Assembly (NCBI GenBank): GCA_025786725.1
Contig: JAHLTZ010000042.1
Coordinates: forward strand, 110,050-174,049
From: Syncephalis fuscata S228
Lineage: Eukaryota; Fungi; Zoopagomycota
DNA: 64,000 nucleotides
Direction: 5' to 3'
Below, in pieces: positions 53,427 to 64,000 of this stretch. The notes below the pieces were generated by a model that was given only the letters and a program-made list of their open reading frames with translations, searched no databases and was not told the origin of the DNA. The position numbers and the translations under genes are program-made. Position 1 is the first letter of the stretch; every line of letters starts with the position of its first letter.

Positions 53427-55717
53427 TTAGGCACTGTCGCTGGTTTGAACAAATGGCAGTACGTGTTGCTCATAAACATGTTGATTTCGTCGATCCATTA
53501 AATCGGTTTCTTTTACGAGTTCATTCTTCTGCCAATGTTCAATATGTTCGCGTTCATTGGCAGAAATACTGCTTAATAACGGTAATTTGATATGAAGGCC
53601 ATCGGTCACTTGACCACTTGTAGGCAGTGCTAGCGTGCTAGACGATGCATGATGTAGCAACTCTTCTAACCAACCGCCTAACATTCGAATAATTGTCTTT
53701 GTATGGGGGAATAAAGAGGACATTTGCAAAAAGCCATGGCTTGTACCATCAATTACTTTAAAGCGAACATGTTGCTCCTCGTTAAAGTCGGCAATATCGG
53801 CGGCAGCTGCTTGTTTGCGCTTCCAAAGCTGGCGTTTCACTTGGCGTATCCGTGCTGCAAATCGAATCGAATCATCAACAAGTGGATCACGTTCACCACA
53901 AATCATATAAACAGGTGGCATTTGTGCAATAATATGATCTGGTGCCACAAGAGGTGATACATAATATTCACGTTCAAAATCTGGATGTCTATGTGGGCCT
54001 AAATACAAAATTACCATAGCCCGTAACTAATTATATTAATTATTATTAACATTATTAACATTATTAACATTATTAACATTATTAAGCTCACTTACCATAT
54101 CAAGAGTGAGAATACGATCAGAAATATAACTAGCTTGACTTGTCATCATTAATCGATCACTTTTCTCTTTAAGGCCGGCTACACGGGCACCTTGCTTCCA
54201 AACAATATCGTTACCTTGACTGGTCGCTACTGCTTCATCCTCTTCAACTGGATAGACGGCAACACGTTCTTGTATACTTTGGCTACGAATACGGCGCCAT
54301 CGACTAACTGTATCGGGCGCAAATGCCAATGGACTTTTATGACCCAAATGATCGCGGGACTCGGCTAGATTAGGCAGCGAATGAGCACTCTCATTTCTAA
54401 CCAAATCGGCATTCTTCGGCTCAAGCCAGCATCGAATATCAAAGGCCAGCGATGGATAGACCAGCAATAAACCAGCCAGCGGTACCAATGTTTTGGGCGA
54501 TTCAATAATCTTGTAGGTCAAAGCGGTGATAATATTGCCACCGGCCGAATCACCTATACCGATAATATGCAATGGTGGTTTAGGCGTATTATCAGTGGCA
54601 ACGGTCCATCCTTCAAGTCCTAAACAGCCGCCATTGGTCTCGCGAATTTGTCGATAAACATCGAAACACTCTTCAATAGCATATGGGTATGGAAATTCGG
54701 GTGCTTTTTTATAATCGATACTAAATACGGGCACACCTGTTTGAATGGCCCATTGTCTTAGGTAATCCTCATGTCCTTTGGGTGACATAGAAACAAACCG
54801 CCACCGTGTACGTGTAGAATGCATCGGGTGGCTGATGCAAATGCTTCTTTGGTGCCATTAAAGAAAACTTCCACGCCCACTGATGGTAAATTGCAATCAC
54901 TACGTTCTAACTCCACACGGTGCTGCATCATAATACGAGGTCGATCCATAAATGTAAGTAGTCGAATAATGGGCATTTCTGGTTTATTCCAACTAACGCG
55001 CATTTGCTCAAGTGTAATGCAAGAACGTATACGTCGTACCTATGTATTTATTAGTAATAAGCCTACATTATTTGACTACTAGATGTCGCTTACTTTTTCC
55101 GTTGCTTGATCTGCAAATACTAAATAATAGGCTGAAAATACCAATGAAAGTATTTGTTTTAGCCAATTAGGCCGGATATGCATAGCTGTCCAGAATCCAG
55201 CATCTAATGCCGTCATCATCCATGTAGCCCGATAAAAGTCGCGATTGTACTATATATTATTATTATCAATGTAATATACTGATTGTAGATATATATATAT
55301 ATAACTTACCATGCCAATCAACGGCTCAGGTGCTATCAATATTTATTTAATATAAAAAGTAAATAGCTAAATAATAGTAACTTACCGTTCATACCAGCAA
55401 GTAAAAATCCATTTTTTAAAAGGTATAAACCGGTCACAGTGCCTAGAATAACTTGCCAAGGCGCAAAATGGGCTAGTAACGACATCGTGTTATTTAACTA
55501 GTGTATACCAATACGCAATGACCTACCCAGCTTTGCATCTAGTCGTCGCAGCCATTGTGGACTAGTGGCCTGGTCGCGCTTCATACAGGCAAGCCTTTAG
55601 ACGAATTAATAGCATGTACAGACTATAGACACAATCTACTTACGCAGCAAGTACCCATACTATAACTTGTGCGCGTTTTATATTAGGCGACGGTTTACCC
55701 AGAATATGGTCAAGCAT
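53427..55717 (-). CDS. Hormone-sensitive lipase-like alpha/beta hydrolase, multi-exon, indel near 54800
   Basis: 'MLDHILGKPSP' N-terminus, 'HVHGGG', 'GDSAGG', 'CGERDPLVDDS', 'HGFLQM'. Confidence 0.9.
54039..54084. repeat. 9-bp intronic minisatellite (ATTATTAAC), about 4.5 copies
   Basis: Direct reading within a lipase intron. Confidence 0.8.
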
Positions 55718-55996
55718 CGCAGTAGACAAGTGAAAAGATATTTGTTATTTGAAATGGGCTATAAGATAGCTAAACAATGATAGAGAATAGCAAATAGAAT
55801 AGATGGTGGAACTAACGAGAAGAACAAGAAGGTAACGACGGAGATTGTCAAGACAATATATAAATGGATTGCAACGAGCCAAATACAAGAATTAGGCCGA
55901 CCAGTTAGCAAATAGACCGAGTGACCGACCACTACGATGGTCGGCCCTATTTCACGTGAAATTGCATTTTGTATTGATAAAGGAGAAAGATAGGAA

Positions 55997-56490
55997 TAAT
56001 GTTCTCTGTATGGTTATTCCCAACCGTTATAGCCACGTAGTAGCACGTCTACCCTTGCGGGTAGCACGTATGGAGAGACATAGAATATACAGGCGTCTAT
56101 CGGGAGACTGACCGGTGAGACTGGATGGACGCTATGTGGTGGGCTCAAGCTGATCTCCCGGTAAGGAAAGGCCAACGAATCCTGCCACACATCATCCACC
56201 GTTAAAACGCCCCATCGGCAACCTACAACCGACGACTTGTTCTAGTATAATACGTTGGTCAGAAATCTACACCACGCCTGTCCTTCCGTGAAGAAGGACC
56301 GACAAGGAATGTACTAAGTGCGGAACACCTTTCTATTGCTGTGTGCTTCGTAAAGCGACCAATAAGGCCGTACCAGCTCTGCCAGTAAAGGAGAGCCAGC
56401 AACGACACCGTATTCAATAACGCGACTAATCTACACGCGACGGAAAGTGAATCGTCACGGATGGGTGGTCATTGATTGCAGTTATGGGAT
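55997..56490 (-). ncRNA. Probable snR30/U17 box H/ACA snoRNA (5' end approximate)
   Basis: The minus strand reads CTGTATATTCTA...AACCATACAG-AGA-ACA-TTA: a closing stem (CTGTAT/ATACAG) flanking m1-like ATATTC(C)TA and m2-like AACCAT, then ACA 3 nt from the end. GC-rich non-coding block with several hairpins (CTACCC/GGGTAG, CGGGAGA/TCTCCCG, GTCCTTC/GAAGGAC). Confidence 0.7.
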
Positions 56491-56520
56491 AAAAAGAAAA
56501 AAGAAAAAAATATTTTTATT

Positions 56521-59500
56521 TCATACAAGGCCAAAACCAGCGTAGTTATGAATGGCAATTATCAGTTTCTCTTGCAGCTTTTCCACTGAATTGTACTCAG
56601 GCAGTAATAATCGTCCAAAGCATGTATAAGCACTAGGCAGTCTAATATTGTATCAGTTTAATAATTGTTATAATAATAATAGTAATAATAAATTAGCTAG
56701 TTAGTAGGCAATACTTACCGATCGGTGTCAGGCCCATTGCGCTGAATTGAAAATCGAACATCTTGCAGACCACGAGGCGGTGTCCGATCACTGGCAGTAA
56801 CAAAACGTAGAAATTCACGCTGTTGTTCAGGTGTCATGGCATGAATAACATCCCAAAATGATCTATAATGCAAATAATTAATAAGTATTATATTATTATT
56901 ATTATTATAGTTCAATCTACCTAATGACTGGATGATCCCGTGTAAATCCATCTTCATACGTTGTATTCTGTTCGAGTATTTTAAAATCAAGTTCAGTACT
57001 GCCCCGCATAGCCCAATAAAGATCTTTGGGCTCAAATAAGCTCTATAGTAGCAAAATAAACATAAATAGGCTATTATTACACAGTGTCTACTTACACTAA
57101 TAAATGGCAAATCACAAACTGTAGAGAATCCACGTCGAAATGCTTCAAATCTAGTGCCAAAATATCGGCGATCCATATATCCAATATAAAGTTGAACAAA
57201 ATCTAATAAAAATAATTACAATATTGATTACTATAATTGATATTAATCTATCTTACCGTGTCGATTGGCATTGGTGACTGATAGATTCTCTCCATTGATC
57301 ACTAGTGATTCAGTTATCCGTTTACCAAAATGCATTACATCAACCGAGAAAGTTAAACAGAAAATGGATTCGACATCATCATGAGGCCAGTCAAGTAATT
57401 GCTGTAATCCACGAGCTATTTCCTATATATATACACATTAATATATTAATATAATTAATAATAGAAATAGGCTATTGTATTTGTATATACCGGTGCAAAA
57501 TCATGCAATAAAGCAAGTGTTAATGGCCGTCCAAGAAGTTTAGCCTCGAATGCCATTGGAAATCCAACATCTAGCCAAGCACCATTATAAAAGGCTAGAC
57601 CAAGAAAGTAAGTAACAGTTAAGGCAATTAATATTCATGATCCAATAGCCAAATTGATTGAAAGAAAGGATATGGCACCAACAAGTTCATACTGATCTTC
57701 TGGTTCAAGCGAATCCTCATTAAATAGCGTAACACGCGTCTCTTCATCATAAAGAAACATGCCTACAATATATGTATATGAATATACTATTAATCGCTAA
57801 TTACTAGCTAATTACATTTATAGTCTACTTACCATAAATTGGATTAAATAATTGGTAGGCAGCCATTTGAAATAGCTCTTTTTGTAAACCGCCTTGATCA
57901 ACACCTTCTTCGCCGCCATTAACAAATTTAACTCGTAATGGTCGTCTTAATGCACTGGCATGACTCATAATCTACATTCTATAATAAATAATACATATCA
58001 GGTAAAATAAATCAATTACCTGATTTAATATATCTTCAACCATTGATTCTCGACGTATTTCTAATGTCATGTGAGATTCTATCATAAGTTGTAATTGCTG
58101 TTCTCGTTCTGCAAATACTCCGAGTGATTTGATAAATGGCGTTGATAAAGTGCATAAATACCTTGCCATACACCAGCATCCTATTAATATGATATTGGTT
58201 AATCAAATTTAATATTCAGTATATAGTACACGTAACCTACCAAACTGGCCTGTTGCATTTGAGTAATAGCATGTATACGAACAAGGTAGCTTTTAAAGTT
58301 TACATTAAATAGAAATGGCCATTCTAAAAGGGTAGATTGATTGTTACAATTCCTATACAACAGATTCGTTAGTGATTTGCCAGTATCACTATATTACCAC
58401 TTACAATTCATGGTTAAATTGCCATCGTTGATACTCTTTACGGAAATCGATCATATCTGATAGTTTGGTACACTGAAAGAGTTCAGGTGTACCTGGAGAA
58501 TACTCGTCTTTACAGCCAATCATATCTATTTAATTAATAACAACAGTTAGTATTAAACTTATTTATATCGTTTTTGTTAACTCTTACACAATCTTTCCAT
58601 AGCTACTAGTATATAGCGTACAGAGGATACAGAGACTGATTCAGGAATATATGTACGCACCAAATATTCACACAGTATAGTTACTAGCTGTGCAAAAGCA
58701 ACTTTATCGTATCTAGTTAATCAATCCATTAGCTATTAACTGACTAGCCATTATTAACTATTCTATTTACCGAGCAAACATTGTTCATATAGAAATGTAT
58801 AATTATCACCGGTAACTTGAGCATTAATTGCACCAAATTATCAAGTATATTTGAAAACTCTAATTTCAATATTTCCGGGCACTTAAATCATATATTTGTT
58901 AAAATACCATAATAAATAAATAAATAAATATTACTTACCTTTAGTAATATTAAAATAGAATACAAATCCAATGAATCCAATGTACTTTTTAGTCTATCGA
59001 GTATCTCATTAGATAGTTGTTCGGCAGCAGATTGCATAGGCAATAGTGTAATATGTAATGGTTCTACTCAATTAAACATCAGCTATGATCTATATACAAA
59101 TAATGCACATACTATAGCCAATAACCATGTATAAGTAGCATCAATAGCCTTAAGATCAGATACTACACAGTTATTAGTATATTACATTATAGTATAGTAT
59201 ATTACATTAATTAAATAATGTAACTTACCTTCAAATGATTTAGATAAATGATTTATCTATTCCCTTTAATTAGTATTAATCAATATTATCCATACTATCC
59301 TACCAAAAATGCTTGACATAATAAAGATTTGCTCTTAAATGTTTTATAAATGGTATTTTCTACCAATGAATAATCCCGTCTATTTACATCTTCTTTACTA
59401 TCTATAATGTTGAACGATTTTACACATGCTTGTATGGCCCGTTTAATAAGTAACTGATCCATCGTCTTTAGTACATAATAAGATGATTGACAATAATTTG

Positions 59501-60350
59501 ATGTTGATCTTTTATCACTTTGAATAGTTGTTGCTGTTGTTGTTGTCTCCAGTATATCAATTTTTGTATTTGAATTGTTAGAATTGATATTAATTGGAAT
59601 TCTAACTTCTTCCAATATAGATTCAGAAGGAAATAATTCATAAAAACACACAGCTGATGGTAATACTAGTAAACTACCATGACTAGAATGGATACTAGTA
59701 CTATTATTAATACCATTATGTCTTTTACTACGATCAATAGATGATAGTGCTTGTCGAATAGTAGTATTAGAATGAGGTAAATGATCTAGTAAATGTTGAT
59801 ATGAAGATGTACGCCGTGCCTTATTTCTTAGAGTCCAAACAACTGAACAATTACTACATAACTGATTGACACCTTCAAATGTTGCCAACTGGGTGGCTAA
59901 ACGGTAACACGCATGTGTAGATAGACGTGGCCCCACTTATTATAATGAATATGAATCATTAATAACTTGTTATTTAATTATATTAGCCATTAATACTTAC
60001 TGGGACATGATTTACACCACACTTGAGAACAATCATTTCTGCCACATCCAATATTCAATTGATAGACATATCTATATATATATATTTACATATTGGTTAT
60101 TTATTTCTATATATTACTATATTACTCTATATATATATTACCGCTTCTCTAGTTCTTCTAGTTGACCAATAGTGTCAGTCTCATCTACTAGACATTGTTC
60201 AAGTACAATATTATCAACCAGTAGTGGGTCGCGCATTGCTATTCTAATGCTTAATGGCGTACTGGGTGATGTACCGCCTTGTTCTCCTTTAGAACTGCTA
60301 TGAACTAGGCTTGAATGTGGCTTTAATAGATTTATAAATGGTCGTGACAT
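56521..60350 (-). CDS. HECT-domain E3 ubiquitin ligase (UBE3A/HERC/HECTD2-like), multi-exon
   Basis: 'LRVKFVNGGEEGVDQGGLQKELF', 'FLRFVTASDRTP', '[23 protein letters not shown]', ends 'GFGLV'. Confidence 0.9.
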
Positions 60351-60494
60351 ATTGTATAGTTGTTATGTCTAAGGTACAAGAAGTAGAATGCGTCACAGTG
60401 AATATTACACCACCTTTTCTTACTTTTACACCACCCATGATTACAATTGACTTATTGCTTCCTTGCATCAAATAGCCAACCAGTTTTATTTAAC

Positions 60495-61630
60495 ATGCCA
60501 CGTACTCGTTCACAAAAGATCAATGCTACTGAACAAGAGAATACTCAATTGATGAGTGATTCAGCTAGAGTATCAGTAGGAAAGCAACAATGTTCAAATC
60601 TATCTACGGCTAAGCGTTCTAGTCGTCTGAACCGCGTCAGAAACAACAACAGCAAGAACAGCAACAACAAGAACAAGAACAAACAAGACAAAGAGAGCCA
60701 CTGGCCGATACAACAAATCAGCAACGAGTAACACGAAGTTCTAAAAAACACGTAGATATTACAATGTCACCAAATTTAACTTTGACAAAGTTGAACAATG
60801 ACAATAACAAACAATTACAAATTAAAAAGACTCGGAAAACAATGTCCAAATCTGATTTAAATGACTCTTCATCTTTAACATCTACATCAAATTTATCTGA
60901 TTCATCACCGACTAGAAGAATGACGACACGTAAAGCAATCGCCTTAACCCAGCCTGAACCTTTAGTGGTAAAAGACGTGGAGCCTTGTGTAATATCTGTT
61001 GATAATACGGAAAAAAAAGATGATCCATTTGGATTTGATGCAGCAGAGTTACGAGCAGAGAAGCGACGTCATGATGATAACTTTCTATGGAGTATTAATC
61101 ATTCGTATCAAAGTATAAATAGCAATATATCATTAACAAGTACTACATCGACGGTACTTCAGACTAGAAAGCAGTTGGAACGAAGCGTAAACAAACTAGA
61201 TGATATTAAAGAACCATCATCTTCAAACGAGCATCTGAAGATAATCCACTGGAATCAATCCTTACCAAGTCTATTGATCGAATTACTACTTCATTTTGGG
61301 ATGATACTGATGTATCATTACCTAAACGGCGACGTGAAACAACTAAACACTCAACCGACAAGGATATAATTGCTACAAAGACGACTAAAAGCAATAGTAA
61401 AAAAATACTTAAAAAGCCTCAGAAACAAAAGATATAGTAAAAAGTACTTTATTACAAGTAAGTTGTCATTTATACTACTATTTAACTAATCATTAATAAT
61501 AATATAATAATATTAATAATAATAGACACCGAATAAGAGAGGAACACGTCGCTCTTCTAGAGGAAAACAACCATCGTCAGATGATATTGATGAATATGTA
61601 ATTGAAGAAGAAGTATCAATTGCATTATAG
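60495..61630 (+). CDS. Basic, disordered nuclear protein with FGF motif and acidic C-terminal motif (possible sororin-like); several indels
   Basis: 'MPRTRSQK' start, K/R/S/T-rich, 'DDPFGFDAAE', last exon ends 'DDIDEYVIEEEVSIAL'. Confidence 0.5.
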
Positions 61631-61813
61631 TGAGATTGGCAGCTTTGTTTTTATTATAATGTTTCGTATTAGTCCAAGTATGGCCATAGCGTATTATTTT
61701 CATTTATTGTGATAGTTTTAGTGATTAAATAGTAATAAAAAAAGAGTTACTTATAAATGATTACTAGTTAAATCGCTATTACTTTAAACTAATCATTAAA
61801 TAACTATTTGTAT

Positions 61814-63830
61814 TTATTGTCGTTTTGTTATTTTATAATTACCCGTTATAAAAGCATCTTGATCATAGAAATCTGCTTCTAATTGTCGACCACCAAACCA
61901 GCGACCATGAAGCGTTTGTACAGCTTGTTGCGCACTAGTTACTGTGGCAAATTGCACAAAAATATAGGCAGCACCATTTGGATCATCTTCGGTTTCGATA
62001 TGAATTCGTATTACGTCACCGAAACGTCGACACTCTTCTTCAAATTCCTCTTTTAACACATCGTCTGCTTCGGCGGCGGCTACGGCATTGGCAATACACA
62101 CCACAGTAGTTGCTCGATTAGCTGCATCTTGTGCTTTATTCTGAGCTACTCTAGCCGCCTATATAGTATAGATGCATATTATTGATGTTGTTATTAAAGT
62201 ATTCATATGATGGTAATGGCAATGGTTAATTACCTCTTCGCTTTGAGCTAGCTTTTGCATAACTGCATATCGTTGACTTCCTTTAATACTAATATTCTCT
62301 TCACTTTGTACACTAGTTAAAGGTTCTACAGATGACATGGGCATCGTTTGACCTATAAATAGTTAATAATTAAATATTGTTTACATCAATACTATTGTAA
62401 ACGGATCTATAATTACCTTTTACTAATGGTGTATTTGTAGTGGGTATTGGTGTTGTGGTGGGTAGCGTCGGTACAGGCAATGGATCCAGTCCTTCCAACG
62501 CTTTCATTCCTTCAATCAATGTACCTGGAATCATTGCTGTGACTACATGTAGACTATTGCCGCCTAATTCAAATCCATTCATAGATGTAATTGCTGCAGT
62601 GGCAATTTCCTCTGATTCAAAATCAATAAATCTAACAATATATACATTGATCAATCAATTAATTAATCCATCAATTAATCATTACTATTTAACTGCGTTA
62701 ATGGCTTACCCATAAGTTTTATGCTGTCTAGTCGCTGTATTTGGCTAATATTATTAATAAACTACTGGTTATTATCGAATAGATAGCCATCATAAGTCAA
62801 CAATAGCTTACCACTAGAATACAACGTTCAATTTTACCAAATGCTTCAAATATTGTTTTAAGCATATCTTCATCAATATGACTATTAACATTTGATACAT
62901 AAACCCTATTTTTGGGTGCTGGTGGTAGATCTATACACAGATATTGAATAATGAATATATATATAGACTATTCATTGTTAATACTTACTATCGATTAAGG
63001 CTTGATCAAAGTTATTTGGTCGACCACAGCGCAGTGTTCTTAAATGTATCCATGGTAGTGTTATAAGTAGTGTATACGCCATCAACTATGCTATTAACCT
63101 ACCGACCACCTAATTCGGCCCCATTCATTAGATTCTGTGCCATATGTGCGGCCTCTGGTACATCAAATTCAATAAAACAAAAACCTTTATGTCGACCTGA
63201 CAATGGATCCAATTGCAGACTAACATCGCGGATATAGCCAAATTGTGAAACACGGCCCGTATATGTTCTTCTGCCAATTCGAAATGAATGCTGCCCACAT
63301 AAATACGCGAAATAATTGACATGGTGCGCGCATCCACACCTAATGGTAAGGCGGCAAGTGACGGATTTGGATTAAGCGCGCTATTAAATCCTGGTAGAGC
63401 CGGTGTCGCTTTTTTGGTTATCTTATCAGCAAACTAGTAAACAGTAACATATATTACATATATATACATATATATAGCAATTAGTATTGGTGGTTAGAGC
63501 GGATTCATTGAATATTGGTCCATAAGTACGATGGCTATGTAAATAGACCTACCTTTTTCTGTATTATACGTATATACTCTTTTGCCTTTTCCAGTCGCTC
63601 GCGTTGATCTTCATCAAGTGTTAACGAAGGAAGTTGGTCGAGATGTACCGGTGTTGTAGGCGTAACTGGATCAATAGCCATACTTGATTCTAAAGCATTA
63701 TCTTTGGTATCCGCTACAGCTGTTAACATGGTCGCGTCAGTTACAGGTGCAGTAGGTGCGGTCATGGTTATTTCTGTAGATATCGGATATGAATCAGAGG
63801 AGTAGTTGACTCGTGAATGGTCCCTGACAT
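61814..63830 (-). CDS. PUF60: Poly(U)-binding splicing factor PUF60/half-pint-like (RRM-RRM-UHM), multi-exon
   Basis: 'SRIYVGSIHFEL' RRM1, 'GRPNNF', 'MNGFELGGNSLHV' RRM2, 'ISIKGSQRYAVMQKL', UHM 'EEECRRFG...LHGRWFGGR'. Confidence 0.85.
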
Positions 63831-64000
63831 TATTTAATAAAGTGCTTTATACATACACTGTGTAGTCAAATAGCCACAAGTTGAAATGAAAGATAGTATA
63901 TTAATAGTAACAACCGTGTATTTGTGTGGTATTTGTGTGTGTATATATATTAGAAGGCTAGTGTTATGGTTATTATTAATATGTATTAATTATGTATTAA

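Noticed and set aside
56014-56199. 61-aa ORF, or RNase P/MRP, telomerase RNA or group I intron, in the GC-rich block
   Set aside because: No convincing CR-I/CR-V, template or P7 elements found; the snR30/U17 3' motifs explain the block better
7800-63830. Frameshifts in many genes (coilin ~7850, 7TM ~9440, 4CL ~22615, ATG101 last exon, MARVEL-like ~38365, lipase ~54800, PUF60 ~63250) as programmed frameshifting or mass pseudogenisation
   Set aside because: They are mostly 1-nt losses, often in short homopolymers, and hit conserved genes indiscriminately; most likely long-read consensus errors

Overview
AT-rich, intron-dense eukaryotic DNA with short GT-AG introns (mostly ~45-80 nt) and CTAAY/TTAAY branch motifs. 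Gene content and intron style point to an early-diverging fungus; a Zoopagomycota-type organism is my inference only. Housekeeping genes: SNU114, PBS2-like MAPKK, RAD23, TOM5, coilin, ATG101, VID27, HOS2-like HDAC, MED14, F-box/WD40, alpha-tubulin, HSL-like lipase, HECT E3 and PUF60. Accessory islands: a cluster of lineage-specific multi-pass membrane genes, a P450 plus acyl-CoA ligase pair, four small PPxY/tail-TM genes and a secreted S1/P1 nuclease. The standout is invisible to the ORF track. At 50042-51089 (-) a signal-peptide exon is followed by 15-nt and 6-nt exons and nine consecutive 3-nt micro-exons (TAG|NNN|GTAAGT), all phase 1, separated by homologous 72-81 nt introns. It encodes a ~52-aa secreted peptide that could be diversified one codon at a time by exon skipping. 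A probable snR30/U17 snoRNA lies at ~55997-56490 (-). Many single-base frameshifts fall in homopolymers of conserved genes and look like assembly errors.
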